Assembly (NCBI GenBank): GCA_030390025.1
Contig: CM059433.1
Span: 15,006,001 to 15,070,000, forward strand
Length of the DNA stretch: 64,000 bases
From: Squalus acanthias
Lineage: Eukaryota
Direction of reading: 5' to 3'
Part shown: positions 10,894 to 24,277 of the stretch, piece after piece
Layout of the letters: each line of letters opens with the position of its first letter
How positions within the stretch are numbered: position 1 is the first letter of the stretch
Notes under the pieces: generated by a model
Database searches by the model: none
What the model was told of the DNA's origin: nothing
The model's input: the letters and a program-made list of their open reading frames with translations, nothing else
Translations under genes and position numbers: made by a program

Positions 10894-13689
10894 CAAGTCA
10901 TCATCACAGAGAATAAAGTTCAATTGAGGGTAGAGGAGGCGAAAAATTTTCATTCAAGTGTTAGTTACAGCAAAATTAATCAATCAATTGGAGAAAATTC
11001 AAATAGAAAAATATAAAGAGAGAAATTGGGAAATAGGACAAAAGAAAGATAAAATTATCAATGTGTGAAATTTTATTTTCCACCATTTGCAACTTTCAAT
11101 GAAAAAGCTGACATGTGTATTCCTGCTGTATGCTCCCACTTCCACCAAGGCTAGCATGTTCCAGAAAGAATACTCCCACATTGTTTTCTGCAATTTGATA
11201 ATCTACTTATTAATTTTTTTTTAATTATGCATTTCGTTTGCAAGAAAAGTTATGCTAAAATCTATAGTGTTAAACACAGGCATTCACAATATCACAGTGG
11301 TCAATTTGGAATACAGGATGAATCAGCATTAATATCCACCAGAAGCTGTTGCAAACTAGATTTTCAGCATCACTGAACATGGTTTCGAATACTTGACAAA
11401 GGATTATGTTTCTGAGCAAAGTATTAACCCTCACAGTGAATGAGTTTTGCTATCCAGATGCCATCAAGCTACAAGGCACTGGGCAGCAATACTTCCAGAT
11501 TTTGATAAGTTTTGGAATCCAATATTGATTTGGCCTCATCACAATCACTATCAATCTTGCAAATGTCGAGTTTTTGGCTTTTGGTTAATGAAAACATTTT
11601 TTTTTTAAATACTTGTTCCTACTGCATCAACGGGTCTTGGGATCCAGGATGGCAGGCTACTTGTGGGGCAGCCGAGGAGGAATTTTGTAAAACGTTTTAC
11701 GATTTTTGGGATCCTGGTGCACAATCAAATGCCTTGGAGGCCTTTTAAGTCTCCTCCTGCCCATCCCTTGTGTCCAGTGTTGCTATGGGGGTAATGGCAT
11801 TTTGACATCATTACCGCCCACTTGGACAATGCCCGATATTTGGGTGAATTTATTCACCGTCACTTACAGGAGAACATTTCAAAGTGGCAGTGATCAGTGG
11901 CACAGCTCTCTGCCCAGGTTCCTACCCCTGACGGAGTGGAAGTGGAAGATCCTGCCTTTACAGGCCAATTGCCAATTTATCCCCTCTGTTCTCAATGCCA
12001 GAATGGAAGTCCTGCTGTATCTTCAGCACCTATGAGGTTTCAGAGGCCGATTTGAATTGAAATCAAATATATTCACTCTCAGAATTCATTCAAGTGTGCC
12101 AAACATGACAAATTGATTATAAAGTTTGTTGCTCAGTTCATTTGAACAGCGCACATATTTGGCATATAACATAGAGTTGTACAATGCTTGTGAGCGAAAT
12201 AAAGGGAACGGCGCCCATGAATGAATGGGGAGGCAGCAGTTCAGGCATGCTCACATTGATATTATTTTACATTAATAGTGAGGTGCACCATTTTCTGCAA
12301 GCAAATCCATTTGTGGATTGGGCAATAGCAATCTCTTCATTTGACCAGTTGATTTACAACTAGTTTTACAACAAGTTTTACAACAACTTTATCAAAAAGA
12401 CATGCAGTGGGGGGGGGGAGGGAGCAATTTTCAACTTTCAAGCCCGCCTGTTTGTTGGAGTGGTTAGAATGTGGAACTTGCTACCACAAAGGAATAGTTG
12501 AGACGAAGAGCATTGATGCATTTAAGGGGAAGCTAGATAAACACACGAAGGAGAAAGGAATGGAACAGTAGACAGGTTTGACTGGAGGTGAGGGTTGGAG
12601 ATGACCAACACCTATATGTGGAAGGGATGCTTCTAAACGTGAACTATATTGGGGTTTTGAACAATGGGAAAAAAGGAGAAATGCTGCAAGGGAACTTGCA
12701 ATTAGGAGTTAGATACTGGGAGCGCTATTTGCGATTTAGAATAGTTTGCCTTCCTAAAAGATGGCGGCTAGGTTGATTTTTAAAATTAGCAGTGATCCAA
12801 ATTTTGGAAAACATATAAAACGTCAGCCTTGTCGAAAGATTCAGTGGTTGCCACAGCCTCAAGTAAAATGCTCCTTTTCCAGTCACGAAATAAGAACTAC
12901 ACTTGGACACACAATACACTCATTCTGCAGAAAAGCCACAGAAGGCATCAGCTGTGTGGCTGTGATTTCTCCTTCCCCCTCCCCAACAGTTGAATTGCTT
13001 GCCAGCATCTACCATCAAGTCACGGACGTACCGAATGGCTGCGTGATAAAGTACTGAAGGGAACAAACCCTACCGCTCAGAGCGAAGCCCTGTAAGGGAG
13101 AAGAGAAAAGGTGTTCGAAATTGGGAAGGAATCAATATTTTCTGTAACAAGAAAAGCTAATTGTGAAAAGCCGCTTTTGTATCAAATCCTGTTTAGGTGC
13201 TTTCAAAGTGGAAAGAGAAAAAGATTGATTTCAGTTAAAAAAAAAAACAACAGCAGAGAGAAAGATATTGTTAAGATGTGAAGAGAAAGAGAGGTTGGTT
13301 CAACTTTCAAACTCGTACACCAGAAAAATCAATGTTTTTAGCCTGTGGGCAGTATGGAGCATACAACATGGAATAGTAAAGACAAGCGACTAGATATTCA
13401 GCCCAATTTTTTCAGCGCTACGGGCGGCGTTTTGTGACAAAAATGGCGTCCGCGCTGCGCACTTCTGGTGCGTGCCGCGCCGGATGCCATCTTGGTGAGG
13501 GCGGAAGGGCAGGCGTTAGGAGCATGCGCCAGAAGTGTGTTGAGTGGGCAGATCGTGACGTCAATCAGCGTGCAACACTGATTTGATGCCAATGCTCACT
13601 GGATTTTAAATAGAAAAACCCGCATGCGTGGAATTTTGAATGGGCCACGCAGCCCGTTAAAGGGGTCGTGCAGCCCCCCAAAAAATTAA

Positions 13690-14005
13690 AGGGAACATTG
13701 TGACAGACGCTCTTTATGCCAGAAGAGGGGAGTTCATTGTCTTCTCTCTGACCAGAGGGAAGCAGGTGGAGTGTGCAAGTGACTTTGCCAGGATAGCGGG
13801 CTTCCCCATGGTGCAGGGGGCCATCGACTGCACGCATGTGGCTTTGCGGGTGTCGCATCTAAATGCTGAGATGTACCGCAAAGGCAAAGGTTACCACTCG
13901 CTGAATGTGCAGTTAGTGTGCGACCATGCTCAGCACATCATGGTGGTGAATGCGCGGTATCCTGGCAGCAGTCATGATGCCTTCATTCTGCGGCAGTCCA
14001 CTATT
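13690..14005 (+). pseudogene. Harbinger transposase fragment
   Basis: [47 protein letters not shown]. Confidence 0.9.
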
Positions 14006-14010
14006 CCCTT

Positions 14011-15477
14011 GGGGGCAACTACAGTATGTTCATCCCCTCTCCTTCTCTCATCCCACTTCCCCCTCACGCCACAAACCTTTCCCACTTTCCACCTCCTGAG
14101 AATGTCTGCCTTCCTTGCTCCATTCCTGCCCCCCCCTGCCCTCACCTTAACGTGAGACTTGTGCCTTTATGCTTTCAGATAATCAACAATCAGATGACCA
14201 GCCTGTCCCTGAGCCCCCCACTGAGAGTGAGGAAGGAGAAGAGGAGGAGGAGCAAAGCACCGCGTCACTGCATCTCTCACCCAGAGGCACCACCTCAGAT
14301 ACTGGCAGTTTATCCTCCTGTTCCTCCTGTTTCTCTTCTTCTTCCTCCTCCTCCTCCTCCTCCTGAGGTGGTGTGGCTATGCCTGGTGGCAATGGCTGCG
14401 CCCTCATGATGGCCAAGTTGTGGAGCATGCAGCAGACCACCACGAAAAGTGACACCCGCCCAGCCGAGTACTGCAGGACTCCTCCCGAGTGGTCAAGGCA
14501 GCAGAACCGTTGCTTGAGCACTCCGATAGTCTGCTCCATGATGTTCCTGATGGCAGCATGTCTCTCATTGTACGAGTGTTGGGCACGAGTGTTGGGTTGC
14601 GGAGGGAAGTTGTGAGCCAGGTGGAGGACGGATAGCGCTTGTCTCCCAGCAGCCAGTCACAAGTTTCATGTGGTGGCTGGAACAGATCTGACACACTGGT
14701 CTGGCACAGAATGAAGGCATCGTGGCTGCTGCCAGGATAGCGGGCATTGACGGTCACACACCAACTGCACATTAAGTGAGTTCTAGCCATTGCGGTTATG
14801 GAATAACTTAGAATTGTTATGAGGTGCCCGCAAAGCAATGTGGGTGCAGTCAATGGCGCCCTGCACCATGGAGAAGCCCGCTATCCTGGCAAAGCCACAT
14901 GCTCACTCGCGCTGTTTCTCTCTGGTCATGGGGAAGGAAATGTATTCCCTTCTCCTTCTGTACAGAGCATCTGTGACCTTGCGGATGGAGCAATGGACGG
15001 CACTTTCAAATCTCCCCTCAATGAAACTCAATAATCTTTATGTGCCAGAACACTCGTTGAAATGAAAAATGCACAAATCGATCAAAAGGCCTCTTAGCCG
15101 ATGTGAAATTAACAACGCAGCATTGATGGTCGACGAAAACTACACCGGAAGTGGACGCCTTTAAATAGCGCTCCTCCAGGGGACATCTGACTGAAAGCCG
15201 CCTCCTCTACCTGTCATTGTTAATGGCAGGCACGCAAGCAGGGGGCGAGAGGGAAGCTTTTCACCTGGGGTGCAACCGGGGCGCTGCGCACAGCAATGAC
15301 GTCATGATCTCCAGCCGCAGGAGATCGGGGCGCAAAATCTTACCGCCGCCGCAAAAGTCCTGTCGAATTTAGCGGGAGGCGTTGATATCGCCGCGCCCGG
15401 TCGCAAACCCATTTGCGCCCCGTTAGCACCCCCCAGAGGTGCTAACGGGAGGTGCAAAGGAGCCAAATTTCTAGCCC
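14011..15477 (-). mobile_element. Nested Harbinger fragment (H4-like): Myb piece, broken transposase about 14300-15000, right TIR aatttctagccc
   Basis: NARYPGSSHDAFIL, LLGDKRY, EQTIGVLKQRF and a poly-E tail; subterminal region similar to 28730-29053. Confidence 0.8.
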
Positions 15478-16318
15478 TGGGTGGCTTCTGCTTGTGCTAC
15501 AATGGAAGCTGAGACATCTGCCATCAGATGCTGCATCATGGTTGGGTCCACAAGTGCGCTAATGGATCTGCCCACCTCTTCCATGCTGGAAATCATGGGT
15601 TCTCATTGAAGTCCTCATCTGAGTCCTCTGCAGCAGAACTCATGTGCGACCACGCCTTCTAGGGAGCTGGCATCTACGCTACCCTTTCCCCTGCCCTGGC
15701 CGCAGGCCATACATGTCCGATGTCTCACCATGTCCAGACCTCGTGTCTGAATGTCAGTATCTGAGCTGGTGGCAACAAGTGTGAAATCGAGTGAGGGTGC
15801 TGTTTCTTCATCATCAGTCCCTTGGTGTTCTTCTATTACATGTTCCGGTATCCGTGCCTGGCCAGGTGTCAGTTCTTGGCTATCTGAATGGAGAAAGGCA
15901 CAAGGGTAAGGTTGTGGTGAGGGGCCGGGTGGGGGGGGAAGCAAAAGGTGCATGCTTACACCATCTGCAGCTTATAAATCAGAAGAGGTTGTGGGATGAG
16001 GGGAAAGTGGGATGTGAGAAGGAGGATTACGTATGAGGATATCGGCAATTTTTATTCTTTCAACCCTGCCGCTGACCACGGGGCTCAGCGATGCCCCTCC
16101 CAAAAATGGCCAGCTCCATGGGGGTCAGGTTACGCAGGCGTGCCTGTGCCCTGCCGTTTATGTACTGCTAGTGCCTGTTGTGAGCCACCCGCAAGAGAAA
16201 GGGAAGTGTGGCAGCAACAATGTGTTCCCTTGGCATATCCAGCGACCCTACTTTAGATAGAACATAACAGTCACGCTCCACCAGGTATTCATGGCCAGTT
16301 TTAAATATTTTTATCATT

Positions 16319-17083
16319 GGCCCAAAAATTCGGCCGTTCCCGGGTGAGTACACAGTCCGTACTCACCCGTATTAATTCCCGAAGTGCTGGTTTCCTGCAT
16401 GCACTGCGCATGCGCAGGAAACCGGAACTTCCGGTATGGTGAAGGGGGCGGTTCCTAGGTGAACCGCGTGCGCACTAGAGGCTGCGCACACGCAGCACAC
16501 TTGGATTTTTTTTCAGGCTTCAACGCGAGGGTAAGTATTGAAGATTCTACGCTAGTAAAAAGGAGGCGTAAGACCCCTTTTGAACAAGGTAAGTAGTTAA
16601 TTAAGTATAATTTTAATTTTTTTTCAACAAGTTTATCTTTTTTAGATACTTTAAAGAAAGGTAAGTTTATTTTTATAACTTTTAAAAAGTATTTTAATTT
16701 TTTCAAAAATTTAAATTTTTGTTTAAAGTGGTTAATTTATTTAACTATAGTTATTTTATAAATGTGATGGTTTTTAAAAAAAAATTATTTGAAGTTTAGC
16801 TGTTCTTTTGGGGCCGATCTGTATTCATAGATTTGACAGGTCTTCCTGTCAAATCTATGAATGAAAGATGGTCTGCTGCCATTGGCTCTCCATGGCCCAC
16901 GTGATCCCAGGGGTCGCATCGCACTAACTGCGCCCCTGGAACACGCAAGCACTGCGCGCCGGCTCTTGGGAGAGGCCCAGGACCCGAAGTTCCTGTGGGC
17001 CAAAACACAACGGCAGGCGCGGTGGGTAAGAGCGCGCGCGATGCTTACCCCCGCGGCAAGCCGGCCACGCGAATTTCTAGGCC
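16319..17083 (+). mobile_element. Non-autonomous Harbinger-type element (family M), ATT TSD
   Basis: ggcccaaaaatt...aatttctaggcc flanked by ATT/ATT; homologous to 42543-43286 and, inverted, to 46877-47641. Confidence 0.88.
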
Positions 17084-17410
17084 ATTGTGCCAAACAGAAC
17101 CCCATTTGCTTTTAGGAAACTTTTTCCTTAACTTGTTCTTGAGAGGCACCAATTTTGATACCATGTCAGGAACAGACAAATAGAAATCTGCTTGAATGTG
17201 TTTGGGTGATATGCCTGTCATGGTTGAATATCTGATAGTGTGTGCAAGCTGTGAGATGTGAGTATGAGGCTTGCAGCAGTGGTGTGAGGGTGAGGTGAAG
17301 CTATGAATGTGAGGTACGAGTCGTGTTTGGTAGAGATTGTTGGTAGGTGAGTGATGGGGGTGTGGTGCATTCAGCAGTCTGTGAGGCTAGTGGTGGATAT
17401 GGTGGGATGT

Positions 17411-19967
17411 TATTTTTTATTCGTTCAGGGATGTGGGTGTCGCTGGCAAGGCCAGCATTTATTGTCCATCCCTAATTGCCCTTGAGAAGGTGGTGGTGAG
17501 CCGCCTTCTTGAACCGCTGCAGTCCGTGTGGTGAAGGTACTCCCACAGTGCTGTTAGACAGGGAGTTCCAGGATTTTGACCCAGCGACGATGAAGGAGCG
17601 GCGATATATTTCCAAGTCAGGATGGTGTGTAACTTGGAGGTGGTGGTGTTCCCATGCACCTGCTTCCCTTGTCCTTCTAGGTGGAAGAGGTCGCGGGTTT
17701 GGGAGGTGCTGCCGAAGAAGCCTTGGCGAGTTGCTGCAGTGTATCTTGTAGATGGTACACACTGCAGCCACGGTACACCAGTGGTGGAGGGAGTGAATGT
17801 TTAAGGTGGTGGATGGGGTGCCAATCAAGCGGGCTGCTTTGTCCTAGATGTTGTCGAGCTTCTTGAATGCTGTTGGAGCTGCACTCATCCAGGCAAGTGG
17901 AGAGTATTCCATCACACTCCCGACTTGTGCCTTGTAGATGGTGGAAAGGCTTTGGGAGTCAGGACGTGAGACATTCGCCGCAGAGTACCCAGCTCTGACC
18001 TGCTCTTTTAGCCACAGTAATTATAGGGCTGGTCCAGTTAAGTTCCTGGTCAATGGCGATCCCCCAGGATGTTGATAGTGGGGGATTCGGTGATGGTTGC
18101 CGTTGAATGTCAAGGGGTGGTGGTTAGACTCTTTCTTGTTGGAGATAGTCATTGCCTGGCACTTCTGTGGCTCAAATGTTACTTGCCACTTATCAGCTCA
18201 AGCCTGAATGTCATTCAGGTCTTGCTGCATGCGGGCAAAGACTGCTTCATTATCTGAGGAGTTGCAAATGGAACTGAACACTGTGCAATCATCAGCAAAC
18301 ATCCCCACTTCTGACCTTATGATGGAGGGCAGGTCATTGATGAAGCATTGAAGATGATTGGGCCGAGGAAACTGCCCTGATGAACTCCTGCAGCGATGTC
18401 CTGGAGCTGAGATGAATGGCCTCCAACAACCATAATAATCTTCCTTTGTGCTCGGTATGACTCTAGCCAGTGGAGAGTTTTCCCCCTGATTCCCATTGAC
18501 TTCAATTTTACTAGGGCTCCTTGATGCCACAGTCAGTCAAATGCTGCCTTGATGTAAATGGCAGTCTCTCTCACCAAACCTCTGGAATTCAGCTCTTTTG
18601 TCCATGTTTGGACCAAGGCTGTAATGAGGTCTGGAGCCGAGTGGTCCTGGCAGAACCTAAACTGAACATTGGTGAGTAGGTTATTGGTGAGTAAGTGCCG
18701 CTTGATAGCACTGTAGACGACACCTTCCAACACTTTGCTGATGATTGAGAGTAGACTGATGGGGCGGTAATTGGCCGGATTGGATTTGTTCTACTTTTTG
18801 TGGACAGGACATACCTGGGCAGTATTCCACATTGTCGCGTAGATGCCAGTGTTGTAGCTGCACTGGTACAGCTTGGCTAGAGGCGCGGCTAGTTCTGGAG
18901 CACAAGTCTTCAGCACGACAGCCGGGATGTTATTCGGGCCCATAGCCTTTGCTGTATCCAGTGCGCTCAGCCGTTTCTTGATATCACGTGGAGTGAATTG
19001 AATTGGCTGACGACTAGATCTGTGATGGTGGGGACCTCAGGAGGAGGCTGAGATGAATCATCCACTCGGCACTTCTGGCTGAGGATGGTTGCAAACGCTT
19101 CAACCTTGTCTTTTACATTCGCGTGCTGGGCTCCGCCATCATTATGAATGGGGATGTTCATGGAGCCTCCTCCTCCCGTTAGTTGTTTAATGGTCCACCA
19201 CCATTCATGACTGGATATGGCAGGACTGCAAAACTTTGATCTGATCCGTTGGTTGAGGGATCGCTTAGCTCTGTCTATAACATGCTGCTTCCGCTGTTTA
19301 GCATGAAATTGATATGCTCCTTAAAGGATCACACTAAAATTAAAATTACCTCATGTAACACAACGATTAAAAAATATTCATTTATATTTCTGATCTAATA
19401 AAAAATAAACTTTGGGATATCAAATGATTTGTTTATTAACACAGGACGTTAGATTGTTAAACTCAAAACAAAGGACTTCTCCACTTATTCAAACATAATA
19501 GAGAGGCTCTGCCATCAACTACTGGGTAGAAGCACCATTCTCAATGCACTGAGACATATAGACCAGAAGGTCCTTTCAACAGTTAGTTAGCATGTAGTCC
19601 TGTGTTGCAGCTTCCCCAGGTTGGCACCTCAGTTTTAGGTACACCTGCTGCTGCTCCTGGCATGCTCTTCTGCACTCTTCATTGAACCAGGGTTGGTCCC
19701 CTGGCTTGATGGTATACGCCAGGCCATGAGGGATATGCCGGGCCATGATGTTACAGATTGTGGTGCAATACAATTCTGCTGCTGCTGATGGCCCGCAGCG
19801 CCTCATGGCTGCCCAGTTTTGAGCTGCTAGATCTGTTCTGAATCTATCCCATTTAGCACGGTGATAGTGCCACACAACACGATGGAGGGTGTCCCCAGAG
19901 TGAAGACAGGACTTCGTCTCCACAAGGACTGTGCAGTGGTCACTGCTACCAAAACTGCTATCATTAC
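17411..19967 (-). mobile_element. CR1/L2-group LINE, 5'-truncated, degenerate ORF2 (APE end plus RT)
   Basis: SSDHCTV, DQPWFNEEC, IKAAFD, QGSFLGP, MFADD; splits the host Harbinger sequence ggtgggatgt|ggcatttgaag. Confidence 0.9.
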
Positions 19968-21409
19968 GGCATTTGAAGATGAATTCATTCACCTTGACCA
20001 CTCGTGTGAGGTCATTAAACTTCTTCCTGCACTTTGTCCAGGTCCTCGGGGCTATACTGCTGGCATTCACCATGGTGGCTAACTGCTCCCGTTGGATTTT
20101 ACACATTTGCCTGGAGGGCATCCTGGACCCCCTGTGGAAATATGACCTCTCTCCTCAAGTTCACTCCTGCACCAAGGCCTCCAATGCTGCATTGGAGAAC
20201 CTTGGCGCATGCTCTCTCCCGTGTTGCAACATAATTGTTGTTTTTTCCTCCTCTCCCTCTCTTCCCCAGCCAGTGGAATGAGCTGCTGCAGGCAGAATGC
20301 AGCTCCCCTTTAAGAGCTGCAGACAGCCTTCAAGAAATGCAGGCTAGCTTTAATTGATGCTAGCCTTGTACAAACCGAGGCTCCCTGCTGAGCATTCAGT
20401 CCCTCAGCAGTGCATTCAGCGCTGGGCTGAACGCAGCAATCATGTTAATCAGCAGGCAGCATGAAGTTAGCGTGCTGCCTGCATTCCTTTGAACGGGCGC
20501 GGGTTGGTCACTCATCAGGATACCCGCGCCCGTTTTCAGGGGCAAATTAATTTCTCAGCCAAGTTCTTTATAAAAAGATCATTTGGAAGAGCGCTCGGAT
20601 CTGTGGTGGTTGTGATCGACAGAAGCAAATTTGGAAGACAAATCAATCCACACTTCTATCGTATAGCTCAGCCAGGAGATGACGGGGAGAAGGAAAGAAA
20701 AATAACTAGCAGATGAAGAAAAAAATAATAATTTAAACTTCATGTTGTTGTTATAATGGAGTTGCATGTCCTCTCCCTTTTTTACCAGTTCACTGTGGGT
20801 GTTGCTTAACTATGTTTTATGGTTTGTTCCCAAATAGTTTATTATGCTGAAGCTCTGCTGCACTGTAACACCAAACCATTGTGCAAAATAAAAGATTGCT
20901 GATTAAATAAAACTGAAATAAATTAAGGCATTTCCACATACAATGTACATGTACAATCTTTTCATACTAAGTCAAGTAGTAGAAGCATACATGCACAGGT
21001 TAATTCAAAAATATTAAGTGATCAATCAGGAAATTAAAATCCAGCCTGCAAGCAAAACCCACCCTTTACTGTCACAGTAAATGATTCTGCTTTGCAGAAA
21101 AGGTGCAATGAATCGTGTATGGACTGCAACAGAATAACTTCCCACAGCAATGTCAAGCTCCTTCTGGCTATGTATTTGATACTGTAATGATAATAGTATC
21201 TGCAGAGTGTAAAGAGTGGTCCGAAAGGCTTTGATCTCCCTCAAGTGGCTCCAGGCAATATCAGAGTGATGTGTGGTGATCTGAACTTGCAGTATGATCA
21301 TAATGGGAAGGATTGCTGTAGTTCTTTGCCCGCTAAAGTCAATCCCTCATTTAGCATTTCAAAGGAAATTGGATGCACTTAAATCTCTCCATACTATGTG
21401 CAATGTCCA

Positions 21410-21910
21410 ACACAGGTGCCAGGCAATGACCCTCTGGAGTCTAACCATCTCCCCTTAGCATTCAATGGCAGTACCATTGCCAAGTACCCCACTATCAACA
21501 TCCTGGAAGTCTCCATTGACCTGAAACTCAACTGAACCAGCCACGGAAATGCTGTGGCTACTGGAGCAGGTCAGAGGCTGGCTTTTTTGCTGTGAGTGGC
21601 TCACCTCCTGACTCCACAAATCTTCTCCACAAGGTACAAGTCAGGAGTGTGATGGAATACTCTCCACTTGCCTGGACGAGTGCGGCTGCAACAGCACAAG
21701 AAGCTCGACTTCATCCAGGAAAATGCAGTTTGCTTAATAGGCCGCCTAAAACATCCACTCCCTCCAGCACTGGCGCATCATAACTGCAATGTGTACTATC
21801 AAGTACATTTACCACAGGGATTCAAGAAGAAGGCTCACCACCACCTTCTCAAAGGCAACTAGGGATGGGCAATAAATATGCTAGCAATGCCCATTGAGAA
21901 TAAAAAAAAC
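21410..21910 (+). mobile_element. Old 3' fragment of the same CR1/L2-group LINE
   Basis: KVQVRSVMEYSPLAW, KKAHHHLLKGN and an A tail, as at 59420-60286. Confidence 0.85.
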
Positions 21911-21914
21911 GTTG

Positions 21915-22042
21915 ATATAACAGCAGAAAATGCTGGAAACACTAAGCAGGTCAGGCAGCATCGTGGAGAGAGAAACAGAGTCAACGTTTCAGGTCGATGA
22001 CCCTCCGGTTTAATGATTCAGGTCGATGGCCCTTCGTTCTGA
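21915..22042 (-). mobile_element. Penelope-like terminal fragment with a truncated hammerhead
   Basis: Similar to 8355-8450 (gctggaaa..gcaggtcaggcagcatc..gagagagaaacagagt.aacgtttcaggtcga). Confidence 0.75.
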
Positions 22043-23530
22043 CTTAGCGCAAATAAATTACTAGAAATTTTTTTATAAAACAAGCACAGAAAAGGAAAGA
22101 GTGAACTCCGCAACTTGCAGTCTCTCTGTAATCCATAAATATGTCTCTGTAAAGGGCATGCACAGACATTATAGTATGAGGTATGTCTAGAAATTGTTGC
22201 TGCTATTCCTGGCCAGACACCCTGGCCTAGAAATTGAATTAACCCCAAAAACAGCCGGTGCCACCACGGGCCAAGGTTAATGGCCACCCGCAAAAAGAGC
22301 GCAGGCGGCACCGGTATTTTGGTGCCGCCTGCTGATTTAAATGAGCGCAGCGCCGAAGTTCCCGTGCAACGCGCTCTTTTCGGCGGTAACATCAGCAGGA
22401 GGCGGAAGGTCGTGTTTAAAGGATCAGTGCAGCGTGCTCGGGCAGTCACCTTATTAACAGTACAATTCCAAGTGAAAGCCCAGCGTAGATGTCCTTAAAC
22501 CGTTGCATGAGAAATCCTAAGATTATACCCAAAATATAAGCCAAACGCAGAAAATGTAGTGGACTGAGTGCAATATAAGGGAGGTAGCGCCATTATGTGG
22601 AGGAAAGATGTTGCTAAAGTGGCGAGGATGCAAGAGATACCAGTGAGTACTGGCCACTTGCTAAATTTGTTAAAATAGGGCAACGATCACAAGACGTGTA
22701 CTGTGGAACTTCCAAACTGTTCTTTCAAGCTTATTTTAGGATTATGGTTGTATAGGAGCTGTATATTATATAGCCACCTATGTACATATTTTCAATAAGA
22801 ACAAAATGAACCTCTATAAATCTTAATATTTCTTTGCTTAGTGGGTTCATCAGCACTTTCCTAATGTAAACTGGATCTTGATGAAAAGAAACAAAAAGTA
22901 AATTAAATTAAACAACAACGGGAAAAAAAAGCCAGCTCGATCCAAATCATATTAAAGAATTTTTTGCAATAAACTGGAAGACAATTAAAGTCAGTTATTT
23001 TGATGTAACTTATTTAAAAGTAACACGGTAAATATGAATTGAAATAAATTTTAACAAAGGGAAACATGAATCTCTTGGTCAGGTGTTTGCTGGTGTAAAC
23101 CGTGCAGAAGAGAGTTCAGTCAAATGTTTAACAACAACAGACTTGTGAAGATCTCTTGGTGAGAATATGGTGTGAAATTTTCTTTAATTTTTGGCCTTTT
23201 AAAAACAAACTTCAAAACTTTGCATACTATTTTATCAGTTCCTAAACTAGAAAACCCAATGTATAAAATTTAAGGAAATGCAGCTTTAATTTTTTCCTGA
23301 GATTCTTACAACTGTAGTGCAGTATAGTTTATTTTAAAAGTATTTAGCACCTGCCATGTTTGACTGACCAAGGGGGAGATTTGATGCATCTCATTGGAAG
23401 CGGTTTTCATTCCAATTACATAGTCTGAGCTCTCCATAGTTACCAGTTATCTCAGCAGCTGTTTACTGTATGGGTTAAAGCTCACCGCCGCTTTCTCCCA
23501 GCATTGAGAGAGTGGTTAGCAAAGCATATT

Positions 23531-24274
23531 GGGCTGGATTTTGATACTGGGGCGGGTTGGGGTCGTGTCATCCGCATTTCGTGTTATCCACCCGACTGCA
23601 ATTGGATATGGGAGATTGATGCAATTTTCACCTAATTGGGCAATTGAGTTCCAGCATGTGGGAACCCATGAACCAATTAATGTTTTCAGTCTGAAAGTCG
23701 CCTCTGATGATGTCATCATTGCTGCTGCATTGAGACTGCCTGGCCTTTGGTGTGAGTGGACCTGGATGCAAAATGAGCAGCAGCTCAGAGAGAGAGAGAG
23801 AGAGAGAGAGAGAATTTTTTTGCATCCAGGTCCTCTCACAGCAAAGGCCAGGCAGTCTCTGAAGACATTCAATGCAGCAGCATCAGAGGCGACTTTCAGA
23901 CCTAATACTACTACTACCTTCATCACATCTCCATTGTAATAGTGGACCTGCAGCTGATAGTCAGCTATCCACTTGTGCTCCCACCAGGTTTCACTGGCGT
24001 GTTTCACATCAGGCGTGCCTCACGTGGGAAAAGGGTTAAACTAGCTAAAATGTTTCAAAATGGCATTACAGAGCCAATTTAGGGCTTGTTAAGGGCTTTA
24101 ATGGCCTCTCCCGCCTCTTGGAGGCGGGACGGAGTCGGGAACACCGCACATGATTTTATCAAAATTGCGTGGAGGCGGAATGGAGGCGGGATCAGGTCCA
24201 CCTGCCACTTTTCGCAATTTTAACCCCCCACACGCCTCCAAACCCACCTCCACGGCCCTATGAAAATCCAGCCC
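23531..24274. mobile_element. Non-autonomous Harbinger-type element, ATT TSD
   Basis: Perfect TIRs GGGCTGGATTTT/AAAATCCAGCCC flanked by ATT; right half homologous to 53880-54202. Confidence 0.88.
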
Positions 24275-24277
24275 ATT

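Larger units (their letters stand above)
13387..20560. mobile_element. Degenerate Harbinger (H2, same family as H5) with AAG TSD, containing nested insertions
   Basis: AAG at 13384-13386 and 20561-20563; left end similar to 34250-34600; transposase fragment (+) at left, Myb remnants (-) at 15478-16210, 17190-17410 and 19968-20232. Confidence 0.75.

Noticed and set aside
12965..13112. Host coding exon near 13 kb
   Set aside because: Acceptor-like tracts exist on both strands, but all frames close quickly and no convincing exon can be built.
19576..20121. 181-aa Myb-LINE fusion protein
   Set aside because: Chance in-frame junction of Harbinger Myb exon 1 read-through with the truncated LINE end; the upstream Myb frame has stops.
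21975..22042. Third functional hammerhead ribozyme
   Set aside because: GAAACGTTG and stem II are present on the minus strand, but the CTGANGA box is missing or rearranged.
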